64,000 nucleotides of DNA, from NCBI RefSeq assembly GCF_009914755.1, contig NC_060929.1; one strand, given 5' to 3'. Every line of letters begins with the position of its first letter. Position 1 is the first letter of the stretch. Shown one piece after another: positions 41,850 to 58,417 of the stretch. The notes under the pieces were generated by a model that was not told where the DNA came from, ran no database searches, and saw nothing but the letters and a program-made list of their open reading frames with translations. Made by a program: the position numbers and the translations under genes. The DNA comes from the human T2T-CHM13v2.0 reference genome, Homo sapiens.

Positions 41850-43260
41850 GGCAAACATAGATGTCCTGTGATTCCTCCGCCAACATTGTCCATAGGAGGA
41901 GTCCTGCTTCTGTTGATAATGGGCCTGTCTTGGTACCCTTGCCATTGTCAGTCACAGGGAAGGCACAGGAAGTGTGGCCACAACCCAAACATTGTTGTAC
42001 AAACAGAGGTGTCGCAGTCATTAAAGATCCCACACTAGGAGAGTTGAGCAGTGTCTTTCATATCCTCCATCGGGTTTACTCATCTGTGCAGGTTTAGGAA
42101 GCAGCTCCTCCGTGATTCCTGTGGACTTTTCTTCTGGAAGAGAAACCTAGAGGTGGAGGAGGAAATACCCACCCCCTCCAACCCCTTTCTGCACTTGGCT
42201 TCAAGACTGTAACTAGTACTCACCCTTACCTTCATCCACTATTCATTCAAATCTCTCTCACCTGCAGCTATCACTTCTCCGGTCTTGATGAATTACCTGG
42301 TGGTATAACCTATAACCTGAGGCTTTACTCCTGAGGGTCTGAATCCTTAGCAATCCTACTCTTTTCAGACCAGTGTTGCCGTGCATGCTCACTCACCATT
42401 ACAATGGGACACAGAAGGAGCAGGAGGCATCCAACTGGATCATCTGGGCTGCACACGCTGCCTCTTGCCTTCATTGTATAAATGTAGCCTTACTTTCTCT
42501 GCAGATCAGAGTTAGCTACTTCTGCTGTGATAGTGAGTCCTATTTTCACCTGCTGGTCCAAGGATATGAAGTGTTTAAAGTGCACTGGTGTGGCCATTGT
42601 TTATGGTATAATGGGACCCTTGTTCTGTTCTTTAATAATATTATATTCTTTGGGGACAAGGGTCTCCAACCTTCTAGAGATCACAGTTGCACATACAGAA
42701 AACACAAATTACCTTATTGGATCATTTAGAGTTATGGTTAACGGGGTCACTCTTGTTTTCACCTCTTGTTTCTAAGACCCATTCATTCTTCTTATTGGTG
42801 GCACAGTAGCACACTAAAGCATCTAATTTAATGATTCCACTACATTATAAAAGATGGCACCACATTTTTTAATAGTGTAGAGTTTCAGCTGTGCCTTTAA
42901 AGGTGGCTCTGGTGTCCTATGAGGCAGGCTGCTTCTGGATGGTATTGTAAATGCATTGACCAGTGGAGGCCACTTCTTAGCTCCTTTGCTGGGAAGTCGT
43001 TCCTCAGGTCAGCTACTATACTGAGTGGGAACATATGAGTGTGGAATAGGCATTTCCTAAGCCCCAAGGCAGTGGTGCTATGTATGCTCTGCAGAAAGGA
43101 TGTGCAAAATCCATGCCTGTCAGAACAAGTCCATAAATTGAACAGGTCAGAAAGAACTGAATGTAGTCAACTTGTCAGCCAGTGGCTTATTGGACTTGTA
43201 AGGAATAGTACCATGCCAAGGGTTCAGTACTGGTCTCTCTTGTTTTCAAGCCATCATTCT
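41850..43260 (-). mobile_element. ERVL-class internal (integrase/3') remnant
   Basis: Raised GC, with decayed ERVL integrase-like stretches (TCAACTTGTCAGCCAGTGGC, GGAATAGTACCATG, TTCAGCTGTGCCTTTAA). Confidence 0.5.
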
Positions 43261-43662
43261 CATTGTTAGAGATTTTGTTCATCTCAAACTACTTATATGA
43301 ACATATACTTTCAAGTAAACATTTTAGTAAATTGATATTTTAGCATGTTAATTAAGCAATGCTAAAAAATCAGTGAAACATTTATTTGAGGGTATGTAGC
43401 ATACAGCACTGTGAGAGGAATAAAGATTATAACATTAAAAGTGTTGCCTCTTGAAAGAAACTATTTTTAAAGTATTATCCTTTTTTATGGCTCAATAATT
43501 TTTTTCTAAACCAAATTAGCTATCAGATTTTTTTGCACAAATAAGTCTTTATTGTCATTTATCTAATGAAGAACTGGAATCATGATAAATCTTTGTGTTG
43601 TGTCACTCTTAAATGTTGTGTTTGTTTTTATTGTAAAGGCAACAGTTCCAACTTTAAAAAGA

Positions 43663-44326
43663 TGAAACAGCTATAAGGGCGGATAGCGGGTAACTTCCTC
43701 CCTATCATAAGGGTCACTGCCAACACCTCTATAACAAAAGACACATTCACAAGAGAGAAACATAGCAGATCTATTTGATCGGTTTTTTATGACATGAAAG
43801 CCTTCAGATTGAAGACTCAAAGATACAGAAGAAGCTATCTGATTTTATGCTTAGATTCCATGATGCTGTGACAACTGTGTAGCAATGAGATTGGATAAAA
43901 GAGTGTGATCTGGTAGTAATAGACCATGGTGGAAATTCAACAAGGCTTGTTAGTTTAACTTCTTATTGGCCTCTCTGTGCTTCATTCCTTCTTTCTAGGC
44001 ATGGGGCAGGTCTTGTTCTGCAATGGGGGTCTTATGACCTACCATCAAAGGAGGTAGGTCAGAGAATTTTTTTTATGGCCAGTTTTTACAAAGAAAGATG
44101 GGAAAAGTTTAGAGTAACGTTTTTAGGTTTCATGGATGGTTTTGGAGAAAAGGGATTCAGGTTTCCATGATCCACCTTGAGGAAGAGGGATTCTAGTTTC
44201 TATGGCTTGCCTCCATGGAGAATGAGGGTGAGAGATAGAAGTGCAGGAAAATGTCAAAGAGGAACTTCACTTCTAAAACTGCTTCTGGGGATTCCACCTT
44301 GGAGTATTGTTTTGTGAGCCCCAACA
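43663..44326 (-). mobile_element. MER4-family solo LTR
   Basis: Minus strand starts TGTTGGGGCTCACAAAACAATAC and contains GCCATAGAAACTAGAATCCCTCTTCC. Confidence 0.72.
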
Positions 44327-45253
44327 CAGGTGTATTTAGAAATCTTAATATTTTAGATTTCAATTGAATATGTATACCCCCACGTGCTTCATACTGGAAT
44401 ACATATAGAAACATGTTTTGTCAAATTAGACTAAACTGAATGTGACTATGGTTTATTTCTTTGTAAATTGATTGAATTATAAAATACATACAAAAAAGGG
44501 CAGGGGCCATATTTGTCCAGCATTCACAAAACAAACCCCCCTCTCAGACCAGTCTCCCAGGGGTGTCCCTTATACTTTTTCATGGTCCCTCTCTTCTTCA
44601 ACAAGATTTACCACTATTCTAACTTAAAAAAACATAGTTCAGTTTTGCATGGCTTTTAAGCTTTATATGAATAAAATAATGCACAATATGTGCCTTGCTG
44701 TTGGCGTATTGTTCAGCATCATGTCTCTGAGAGTCATTCAAGTTATTGTATTTAGTCATACCTTATTTATTCTCGTCTCTGCAAGGCTTTCAATGATATA
44801 AATATACTACAGTCTATTTATGTATTCTATAATTGATGAATATTTGTTAATTTCCAGTTTGGAACTATTAAGAATAGGCTGCTAAGAATATATAGGTGCA
44901 AGTCTCTTGCTGAACATATGTTTATATCGGGGTAAGAGGTTTCAAGCCTAGAATTGAAAATGTTGTATTGATAGGCTCATCTCTAGTAGATACTGCCTAC
45001 AGCAGTGTATGAGAATTATAAAGTTTATTAATCTTTTCAAAGAATGAATTCTTAGTTTTAATGTTTCTGTACTACATATCTGCTTTTTATTTATTTGATT
45101 TATATTCTTGTCTTTAATTATTTATTTCTACTTTCTTTGGATAAGATTTACTTATTTTTCCACTTTTATGGGGAAAAATATTAGCTTACTGATTTTGAAC
45201 CTTTCTCCTTTTAAAATATATGCATCTATAGCTATAATTTTCTAGTTAAGTGC

Positions 45254-45636
45254 CATATTAGTCCGTTTTCATGCTGCTGAAGAAGACATTCCCGAGACTG
45301 GGAAATTTATAAAAGAAAGAGGTTTAATGGACTCATGATTCCACATGGCTTGGGAGCCCTCACAATCATGGCAGAAGGTGAAAGGCATGTCTTACATGGC
45401 AGCAGACAAGAGAAGAGAGCTTGTGCAGGGAAACATATAAGGGAAACCCCTGGGGCAGACCCCTCTATAAAACCATCAGATCTCGTGAGACTTATTCACT
45501 ATCATGAGAATAGCACAGGAAAGACCCACCCCCATGATGCAATAACCTCCCACCGCATCCCTCCCACAACATGTGGGAATTGTGGGAGCTACAATTCAGT
45601 ATGATATTTGTATGGGGACACAGCCAAACCATGTCA
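45254..45636 (-). mobile_element. THE1 solo LTR (MaLR)
   Basis: TATTAGTCCGTTTTCATGCTGCTG...GGGGACACAGCCAAACCATGTCA. TSD AGTGC/AGTGG. Confidence 0.92.
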
Positions 45637-45690
45637 AGTGGCCCTTAAGCACACCCCAAATTTTGATATGACATATATTTGTGATCATGA

Positions 45691-46005
<315 letters not shown>

Positions 46006-47338
46006 TATTTTCTAATTTCTTTTATGAGTTCTTCTTTAATTCAACAGTCATTTAGAACTGTGTCACCCACTGTATTTTACAGAAAGATCTATTAATTGTT
46101 AAATCCACAGTGATTAGAGAACATCTTCAAAGTGACTTTACAACTTTAAGGTATGTTAAATCTCAACTAATAATGTATAGTAACCTATCATATGATCAAT
46201 TTTGCTAAATATTTTATTTTCACATAAAAATGCACATTATGTCAATGTTGGGCACAGTGTTTTACATCTGAACTGATGCTCAAAGTTATTGTGTTGTGCA
46301 AATATTCTACATCATTACTGATATTTTTGTTTGCTTGATGTAATAGTTAATGGGAACTAATGCCTTCTGCTATTATAGAATAGGTTATTTTCCATTGAGT
46401 CATGTCAATTAATGATTTCTATATTTTGATAAGTTGTTACTATGTATTTATAGATTTAATATCAGTATATCTGTCGAATGGACCTATTTATCATTGTGGG
46501 GGGGAATGAAGGTCTATTTTGTTATGACAGAAAGAAAACAATAATTTTAAATGTGATTTCTTCATATAAGATGGCAATACCATTTTTATAATATCTAAAA
46601 TATTTGTTATTAGAAATATAGCATGAGACCCAGTATGTCATTGCTGCAAATTATGCAATTAAAGGTAGAGCAAGAAAACCCATTAATTATACTATATTAA
46701 GGTTTTTTACTAAAAACAGATAAAAGAACCAAGTATAGTTTGAATATATCATCAATAAACAGCTAATCAAAGCACTGATTTAATAAATGGCATAAGTCTT
46801 AAGTCTAAATCATATTAAACTAATAATTTTTATAACTAGGTTTATGCAAAATTTCCATCAAAATTCTATGGAGCAATAACATAACCTGTTCTATATCATT
46901 AAAGCACCATTAAGTCTCATAACAATTAAAATATTACTTAAGAAATCAATATTGGCATATTTAACTAAGACATTAGTGTCAGGATATAGTTTGAAAGTTT
47001 GGTAGTAGATCATGTTTGCAAATATTTCAACATGTGACAAAACAGTAAATGCCACCTTACTTGGAACTAATTAACAGGAAGATTTAGTGATATATGTTTA
47101 CACTTAATTTAGTTATATAAAAATCATTTTAAGTTAGGAAATTTGTAAGAGTAAACTCTCCAGCTTGATACTAATTAGTATTTGTTTTGCTGTAATGAAT
47201 ATTAAGCTAACCCATCTCTAATTAATATCACAAATAATGGAGACATTCTATCAGCACAATACTTTGTATAGTTTTTAGACTATTGAGCAATATTTTCATA
47301 GCGGAGTACAGGAATGTGTTGAGAAAAATAAAAACAAA

Positions 47339-47641
<303 letters not shown>

Positions 47642-48858
47642 AAACAAAAATGATTTTTTTTTATATAATCTATTTTCCTTATTTATAATTTGAATAAGAA
47701 TTTGTAATTCTATCACAGACCAGTAAACAATTCTGTGAAAATATTTGTATGTAGGGAACATTTTCAAAAGTTTAAGTTTGATATGGTTTTCTTAGGCAGA
47801 AATACTGCCAGATTGCTGTGACAATACAAAATATATTTAGATTTTGCATATTGAAATCTATTCATTATTCTAAGAGAATATTTTGTTATTATTTCTTTTT
47901 TTATGCTCCTTATATTTTCACAGATAAATATCAAATGTACGAATGATATTGGATCAGCAATGACTGAAGAACAGAAAAGGTGATTGGTGGACAAGGAAAA
48001 ACATTTTAACACATAAGGAAAAAAAATCTCGCTCAAACATCTTTTCTTCAGAAGAGCGTATTAGCTTCCATTTGTATAACAAGTGCTCAATATTTCATTA
48101 CTCTTTTTTCCCCAAGTCTTCAATTGTTGACACTTGACTGTAATTTTTTCCATCCAATCTTGTGAGGGAATGGCAGCAGGGTTAGGTTAACACAGTGATT
48201 CAAGACAAATGCCAAGTGCATGTCTTATGAGACTTATATTCTCCATAGAGAGAATCACAGGAGCATGGAACATGGTGATATATATGAGTGTGGTGCCGAA
48301 GTTCTACAGATGAATGTAGATATATTGAGTTAGGCACTTAAAACAATTGCTTTCAGTCATCTCAATGATAAGCAGTCAGAGATGAGATGTGTGCATTTGC
48401 GATGAAAGAGCTCGGTATAAATTTAAATCAAATCCAAAGGCTGACATTTACCTCATTTTGGTTGGGGAGGAGAGGAATATATTTAAGATTGAGAAGCAAA
48501 TTTAAATACTTAAGACAAGTTTTAAAAAACTGAAAAATTATGTCACAGAATCCTCACTTAGATTCACTGTAGAAAAATGAGTTGGTGACGGCCTCGTGTG
48601 TTTGTGGTTAGGTAAATAGAAGACTTCTTTGATCGTGACTGAAGTAAGATGAGTGTGTGAAGATAAATTAGGAGGCAATCATTTGATTATTTAATTAGGA
48701 GAGATAATAAGGAGAATAATGATCATAAAGAAATATACTTGTAGTATAACAAGGTTTATTTAGTATGAATCACATTAGAGATAGAGTAGAAACACTGAGT
48801 GGACAGAACACTGTGATATATAAAAAGTCAGAGTCCTACTCAGTCAGTCTACTGACTA

Positions 48859-49408
<550 letters not shown>

Positions 49409-49766
49409 TTAATACCATAGTCTAAAAAGTAAATACGGAGTGGAGATTTTTATTGTGTGCAGTGCCTAAAGAATTACAGCTAACTTCATCAAATAGTTAC
49501 CCTCTTCTACAGGGCAGAATGCTTTCACAATTGGGTATTTACCTACAATGAATGTGGCTGGAGACAGAGGAGGTGATAATGACGAATACTCAGCAGTATT
49601 TTAACCAACACCGAGAATGCTTCCCCAGTTGTTTGCTCAAAATGAGCAAGGAAATAAAGGTAGAATTTCAAGTTTAATGTTACCTGAAACAGCAGGGCCT
49701 GCCGCAGTCCCTGAAAATGACCAGAGCTTAATCTCATGTTAGGTTTCTTATAGTAAAGAACACTCA

Positions 49767-50093
49767 GGCCGGGCGCAGTGCCTCACGCCTGTAATCCCAG
49801 CACTCTGGGAGGCCGAGGCGGATGGATCACTTGAGGTCAGAAGTTCAAGACCAACCTGGCCAACACGGTGAAACTCTGTCTCTACTAAATATACAAAAAT
49901 TAGCTGGGTGTGGTGGCAGGCGCCTGTGATCCCAGCTACTTAGGAGGCTGAGGCAGGAGAATCCCTTGAACTCGGGAGACAGAGGTTGTAGTGAGCTGAG
50001 ATCGCGACCTTATGCTCCAGCCTGGACAACAAGAGCGAAATTTCATCTCAAAAAAAAAAAAAAAAAAAAAAAAAAAACAACAACAACAACAAC
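49767..50093 (+). mobile_element. Alu (Sq/Sx-like)
   Basis: Full dimer with a long A tail and (CAA)n. TSD AACACT(C/T)A. Confidence 0.95.
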
Positions 50094-50454
50094 AAAACAC
50101 TTATCAATCAGCTTATTACAAATGTAGAGGTCCATTTATCTCTGGCCTTTGACAACAGCTGTCCCATCAAAAGTGGAAATTTAACTCTATTACCTTATTT
50201 ATCCAAAATAACTACTTTTTAAAAATAAGGGCCTTTCTTACCCAAAGAGGAAAGCTTTGAAATATTTAAAATAAACTTATTTTTCTAGTCACATTCAAAA
50301 GGCTATTACTTCTGCATTTTATCAGTGGATTTTCAGCCATAAATATACAATATACGTGCTCTTCTTTTGCCATTCCACCAAATAAATAATCATAACAAGA
50401 ATTTAGCATTACAAATTTACAGAACTGTGAAATTAGTCTACCACAGTTTCTCAG

Positions 50455-50880
50455 ATTGTGGCAGAGGACATGAGACTCCTGGGTCACAGATAAAGGATTT
50501 TATTAGTCACAGAACAGTAGGCAGCATGATTTTATATTTACATGAGCTTCTACCTGTTCCCACAAGACCCGCAGGAGCAATGGGGAAGGGAGTCCAGGTG
50601 GACTGCACATAGGGAGACTGTGCAACAGCTGAGGAGTTCCAAGCTTAGGAAAACCACATTTTGTGATGAGGCTCCTAGCAAACTGACCAAACTCTGCCCC
50701 AGAGGGAGAAATCATCTTTATTATACTCATCAGAAAACATGTCTGCCTTGTGCCCCAAAGAGAGCCACTATTTCTCTCATCTATTGCTTTTTGCTATACA
50801 AAAGCTATCACAAGACATATAAAAATATGATGGAGAGTTGCCTTCCAAAAACAAACATACACCAACACAGTTGCAACTAA
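50455..50880. mobile_element. Probable old LTR remnant
   Basis: GC-elevated segment with an LTR-like terminus (TGTGGCAGAGGACATGAGACTCCTGGGTCACAG...TTTATT). Family not identified. Confidence 0.35.
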
Positions 50881-52825
50881 GACAGAGAAATCAGAAATAG
50901 AAGAGACATCTCGGATAAAAAATATGACATCAAATAGGCCCAGGAAAGCTAATCCCTCTTTAGCATTGCATATGCCAATTCACACTTGCAGTCCTACATA
51001 TCTTCTTCATAGCAAGCTTCTTCCTATCAAGTGCATTTTTCTTGAAAGTGCTCTTGTTTCTTCTCCATTGGCAGAATATCTGAGTTTTTTTTTTCTGCCC
51101 TGTTGACCTTTTATCGAACTCACTAATCATATTTATCCATAAACACCATTTATCACCATAGAAATATTTTGTGATTACTATGTGCAAGTTAATGGTGTAG
51201 ATGCTGGAAACCAAGAAAATACTGCGCTCAAGTGTTTTTTGAAGAGCTTTTATTTTTCTTAAAGAAATAGAAAATAGCCACAGGTAGATAAACATTAAAT
51301 AATATACACTGAATAACATGTATGCCAGATACTATAATGCAACAGAAAATAAGATCTCACAGGCTTTACTGGTTTTCAAAAAGATTTTACCTTTTACAAT
51401 GATCCAAAACTAGCTTTTTTTTTTTCAATTGGAGACATTACCCATTTCTATTGGTTTGATCTTGATATTGGTTTGTAGCCTCAACCAAAATATACAGTCT
51501 GTTTAATCTTCATCAGCTTTATTGTAACTTTTCCCCATGGTGCCCGAGAATAGATTTCCTACAATTTACAGCCACTCTGCTCTTCGTATATTGGAATTGG
51601 CACTGTGCACAATATCTCAAACAGTAATTCTCATCACCTAAGAGTACAGACCTGAAGTAAAACAAATCCACTGTCCCAATCAAGCAGCACCCCTCAAGCA
51701 GCTCAAGACTAATTGAAAGTTTCTCTTGCTTAATATTTATCCCTCCAGGGCCAATATTTTGTAAAAGCATTCTGTTGCTTTTTAAAAAATTGTACAATTC
51801 TAAAAAGCAATATATTTGCTTAATAGATTTTCATGGAGAATGTATGGTATTTCATTTATTCTCACACTTGGCGCAAGTGTTTTTTTGTCCTCAAATAGCA
51901 ATTTATCATATTCAATAAATTCCACTTGCCACTATTGTTACTCTTAGCGTGCTTGTCTGTTTTTTTTTCTGTTAACAGTTAATTGGTCATTATGTTGTTC
52001 TGCTCTTTGCTTTCTTGATTCTCATCAAGACAGTTGAATACAGATAGTGTTTTAACAGTAATAAATATTGGTTCTGAAATATTGATATAATTAATTTTAG
52101 GTTGATTGATTTCTTCATTGGTAAAATAACTAAGTATATCACCTACATGGTATGAATTTACAAGATGTTAGAATGTCTTTTACCTTCTGCTGCTTCAGTG
52201 TGATTTTGAGAGACTTTATTATCAACCCTTGAGAAATTTTTAGTTATCTCTAAGTACCTACATCTACACAGAACAAAAATACTGCTTTAGATAAGTCAAA
52301 AGTTAAATGGAAAAGAAAACCGCTCAACTCATTAATTCAGTAATTCTATTTTAAAACAATGTCAACAATTTTGACTTTTTTTCTTTTTCTCTTCTTTCCA
52401 CTAGTTTATTTGGCTTGAGCGCTTATTTTTCTTCAGTAATTATTTTAAAGTATTGATAAATTACTCTCAATGTGTCAATGTTTAACATATTAAGTATCCA
52501 ATCTGGGAAGCAATATATAGTCTTCTGGCATTTCTGTTCTAAGGGATTCTTTACTGTAAACATCAAGTGAAACTGCTTTCTTTTTGATGTATGTCATACT
52601 TAGGTAGTGCCTCTCTTCACATGACTACTTTTCAAGATAACTATTTTTCTTATTATACAAGTACTAGGACTTATGTAAAGATTTTGACACCAGAGACAAT
52701 TTTTGATAAAACATAATCATAAAATTGCACTTTCTGAAATAACTGCAGACAACAATTTGATAGTTCATAGTTGCACCTAGTTTTAGTCAACTCTGTGTGT
52801 GTGTGTGTGTGTGTATGTGTGTGTA

Positions 52826-53145
52826 CACTTGTCTCTTATCTCAGCGGGAGATTGATTCCAGGACTTTCCAAGGATATGAAAATCTGTGGATGCTCAAATC
52901 CTGATGGAAAATGGCATATAATTTGCATATAACCTACACATATCCTCTTGTATACTTTAAATCATCTCTAGATTACTTATAATACATAATGCAATGTAAA
53001 TCTTATGCAAAGACTTGTATTGTTTAGGAAACAGTGACGAGGAAAAAAAGTCTGTACATGTTCAGTATAGTTGCTTTTTAAAAATATTTTTGATCTGTGG
53101 GTGATTAAATACATGGATGTGAAGCCCATGGAAACGGGGGGCTGT
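52826..53145. mobile_element. MER2 (TcMar-Tigger) DNA transposon
   Basis: TTTGCATATAACCTACACATATCCTC...TACTTTAAATCATCTCTAGATTACTTATAATAC. Adjacent to (TG)n at 52794-52824. Confidence 0.85.
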
Positions 53146-54519
53146 GTGTGTATATTAGATGTTACATATTATACACCTATAAATTACATATAATTCTGCA
53201 GGTTATCCCTTTCGTGCAATTTTTCCTCAGCATTATTTAATGGTTGCATAGTATTCCACTAGAGGGATTTTCTATAAAACTAGTAAATATTTTTTTCTTC
53301 AGATATTATTGCTATTTCTAATTATCTATTTTAAAATATTACCACAATGAATATATTTTTAACATATGTCTTTCCTTCATATCGTTATGATATATTCCTC
53401 AAATTGCTGAATGAAACAGTAGGGAAAAACAGACACCATGATGCAGCTAAAGATCTCAGTTTAAACTTTCTAATTTTGTTCTCATTTTACTAAGTTGTGA
53501 TTTACTTGGTCAATTATTTATACTAATATTAATAATCTCATTTCTGATGAGTTACACGTGTAGTTGAATAAGCTCATTAAGACTGGTACCACTGATTCTT
53601 ACACAATAAACTTGAGGAAAAGACATCAGCGGTGAGACCTCTGGTTTTGGTGTCAGAAATAGGACTCTAAAGATTCTGAATATCAGATCTGCTCTGGTAC
53701 TACTTCTATAGATATTCTGCTTCTTCAAATCATCCAGCTGAAGATCAAGTCTTCCCCTTACCAGATCTTGTGGTAGGTTGCACAGTGACAGTAATATCAT
53801 GGTACAGGAGGAGCCATTGCCAACTGATACATCAAGAGCCATATGCAACCCAAAAGTGCGACTGGATTGCTTTTTAAGAATAACTTACCTAAAGAACAAG
53901 TGTGGGGAAATGGACAGAAGATTGCTTCAGGGTGTTATTTATTGTATTATTTCCTCACTTTCAATAAACAGGCCTCTGCTCTAAGAACCTGCATTGAAAT
54001 ATCAGGAAAAGCTCTTTCTCTGTGTCTTTGTTCTTCAGCTGTATTCAAGAATCATCTGAGACATCAAAATCCCATGTCTTGACTCCGAAATTAGCAAAAT
54101 GGCTTGAATTCAGACCGTGCCTTTCTCCAGTGGGAGTGGCTTGTACTCTCACTGAATCTCATCTTTTCAGGAATGTTTTAACATTTACTACTTCAGCCTC
54201 AGCCTTCTGCAGAGTCATTTAGTGATGCTTGCATTAAGTCAAACAAGCTAAAGAATATATGACTCATTCTCCTTCCAAAACAAAGTTATCTCCTCTGAGC
54301 TTATTTTTCATAATACTGTTCTAAATATCTAGCATATTAGGAAGTATTTCTAGGCCCAAATTAAAAGACACATTTTTCTGGAATATTCAACAAATGCTTT
54401 TTAAAAATTTGTTCATTCATAGTACTTCACTTACTCCATTTACAATAGTCTGGCATAATATCCATTTTTGTAAAATATAATATGAATAGCAATGTTAATA
54501 AAATTAGCAATATCATTGT

Positions 54520-54700
54520 AGTATTTTACCACTTTCAAAGCACTTTCATAAAGATTAATGTATCTGGCATTCATATGAGCTCTGTGAGCGAGTGTGAAAA
54601 GAATTATTCTCATCCTTATTTTATAGATTAGAAAACAGAGGCACAAGAACATAAGTAAACCCTTAAGTGCAGAAATATTAAAGGAAAGAATTGGAGGCTG
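54520..54700 (-). mobile_element. MIR
   Basis: CCTTATTTTATAGATTAGAAAACAGAGGCACA core. Confidence 0.65.
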
Positions 54701-55564
54701 ATCCTCAAATTTTTTATTAACACTTAAAAAAACCCTGCCAATATGCCATAGATCTTTCCCTTATTATTAGTTGTTCAGCGCATTTATGTTTTCACTAATC
54801 AATTTGAGCTAGAAGGAAATTAGCAGTTTATTTTCCTGCAAGTCTCAAATCAGGATGAACATTCATGCTCAAAAATTCCTGTCTTTCACAGGTAAAAGCA
54901 TTTTAATTTGTGACACCTAGATAAATAACCAAAGTTGTCAGACTTTACCTACTGATATTCTGCTCGGCAACAACTTATATTTCATCTTTTCTTTTATAAC
55001 TTCTGTAGAACACTTCATTTTGCACACAGTCCATTTTCATTTTTTTTAGTATTATTAGGGTTATATACAGTAGTTCATTAGTATCAGAATTTCATGCTTA
55101 TAAAATTAAGTCATGGGTAGTTAACGAGATGCTTATTTTTGCCTGAAGTTAAAAATTTTCATTTTTCTTTCTTTTTGATTCTTGGGTCAGAGAGTAAGCA
55201 GAAATAGGTATAATTACCCAGTGTATTACAAGGTTTCTAGAATGTCTACTAAATTTAACTCATAAAATGTTTTCTTTTTTTCAAAATCTGTAAATTCGGA
55301 AAAATATAAAAGCTACAATTAATATAATCAAGATATATTTTAAATCACGTTGCTTAACCTAGTTCTTACTATCAACAGTTTGTCTCTATTATAAAAATAT
55401 AACAAATTAGTTTTTAATTTAATCATTATATTGCTGGCATTTTAAAAGCAAATTTTAAAGAAATTACATTATTTTCCTCAAACACTTGATTAATAAATAT
55501 ATCTATCAAATATCCCTTATGTGTTAGATAGTCAGCCAGATAATTTAAGAGAAAAAATAAGTAG

Positions 55565-55888
<324 letters not shown>

Positions 55889-56988
55889 GGTTTGACTTTA
55901 TTTAATACAAATTCTGAAGGAGGCAAAAATAGCTAAAGGAGAATATAATAAATGCTATAATAGATGAGTGTATATGTTACTTCAGTATGGCAGAGGAAGA
56001 TGACACACTTCATCTTCAGGTGGATTGGTTGTTAGAGGATCTTTCCCAGAGAAGGTTGCTTTTAAGCAGAATCCCACAGTTTGCAACAGTTTGCCAGGTA
56101 CACCAGGTAGGAGAGAGAATATTATCGGAAGAAGGATGAGGCACAAAAGACAGATCTGAAAGGGGGTGGATTATTCAGGCAAAGTGAGAAAAGTATTATT
56201 AGAGGAGAAAAAAAGGTGAAATGTATGGGGCAGGTAGGCTAGCTGGAGAACATTTTTAAATGTTAAATTTGAAAGTGCAGCATTGAAGTATGGTTGAAGT
56301 GTGGGCAATAGAGAGAGGCAGAATTTGGTTTGAATCCTGTTTCTACTCTGTAGTAATGGTTTGACCTTGCACAAATTATTTGACAGCTATAAGGCTTTGG
56401 TTTTAGTATTTTAAATATTGAGATAAATAGGTACAGTATGCCTTGTATGAGATGTATAGGTTTAAATAAAACAACAAAATTTATATGATAAAAAGACTGC
56501 CTAAATCTACCCACATTTTAGCAATCACTTCTGATATTATTATTGATATTATTATTACTGGGGCTTTAACCCATAGGAAGGTCATTCTAGCAGCTGTATG
56601 GAGAACAAATTGGGAGTGGAAAGCACTGTAATCCACAGACATTTTCAATAAGATGTATATCCATCTAGTCCAAAGAACAAAGGTAGCAGAGTGATACTTT
56701 AAGAATAAAAACAAAAACATTACCTCAACTTTAGTATCTTGTATCATAAGAGCTTTGCACATGAATTGTTTTGATGTAATACTAAAAAAAGCCCCATAAG
56801 TTAAATTTGTGTATAGGATTCTCAAGAGAAACAGAATCATATTCTATTTATTATACATATTCTATTTCTCTCTATATAACTATATATTAAGTATATAATA
56901 TACATGTTATTTTATATATGAAAAAAGATATTTCTTTCTCTCTCTCTACCTCTATCTCTCTTTTTCTTTCTTGCTAATACACAGTTGA

Positions 56989-57270
56989 CTTTTAAGTTCT
57001 GGGATACATATGCAGAACATGCTGGTTTGTTACATAGGTATCCATGCACCATGGTGGTTTGCTGCACCTATCAACCCGTCATCTAAGTTTTAATCCCCGC
57101 ATGCATTAGGTATTTGTCCTAATGCTCTTCCTCCCCTTGCCCCCGACCGCCCAACAGGCCCCAGTGTGTGATGTTCCCCTCCCTGTGTCCATGTGTTCTC
57201 ATTGTTCAACTCCACTTATGAGGGAGAACATGAGGTGTTTCGTTTTCAACTCCTGTATTAGTTTGCTGTG
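56989..57270 (-). mobile_element. L1PA 3' UTR fragment (about 280 bp)
   Basis: TTAAGTTCTGGGATACAT...GTGTGTGATGTTCCCCTCCCTGTGTCCATGTG. Confidence 0.9.
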
Positions 57271-57513
57271 GACTCTTGAAGAATACAAAAGTTAGGCGCA
57301 CTGTCACCCTGTACAATCAAAAATCTGCATATAACTCTTGACACCCCAAAAATGTAACTAATAAATAAATGAATGCCTACTGTTGACTGGGAGGCTTACC
57401 AATAAGATAAACAGTCAATTAACACATATTTTGTATGTTATATGTATTATATACTGTATTCTTACAATAAAGTAAGCTAGAGGAAATAAAGTGTTATTAA
57501 GAAACTAATCAGA

Positions 57514-57846
<333 letters not shown>

Positions 57847-58009
57847 TCATTAAGTATAAGTGGATCATCATAAAGGTCTTCATCTTCCTCATCTTTACAT
57901 TGAGTATTGAGATTGAGGACAAAGAGAAAAAGGGGTGGTTGGTTTCGCGGTCTCAGGGATTGCAAAGGCAGAAGAAAATAAAGCCTATAATATTGGAGAG
58001 TCAACTGCA

Positions 58010-58417
58010 CGTATGTATGTATGTATGTGCGTGTGTGTGTGTGTCTTGTGTGTGTGTTTGTGTGTAGAGAGAGAGAAAGAGAAATTATTTTAAGGAATTG
58101 TTTGGCTCACATGATCATGGTGGCTGGCAGGTCAGAAATCTTCAAGACGGGCAGTAGGTTGGAAACTCAGGCAGGATTTCTTTGTTACTCTCCTGATGCA
58201 GCATTATTTCTCTAAGAAACTTCAGTTTTTCTCCTAAAGCTTTCAACTTATTGGGGTTCTCCTTATGGAGGATAATCTGCTTTACTCAAAGTCTGCTGAT
58301 CATAATTGTTAATCACATGAGAAAAAAAAAAAACTCCTTCATGGCAACATCTGGTGTTTGACAAAAAAACTGGGCACCATAGCCTAGCCAAGTTGATAAA
58401 TAAAATTAACCATCACA
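58010..58417 (-). mobile_element. MLT2 (ERVL) LTR
   Basis: TTTTAAGGAATTG...GCTCACATGAT and terminus GCCAAGTTGATAAATAAAATTAACCATCACA, with an internal (TG)n(AG)n. Confidence 0.8.
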
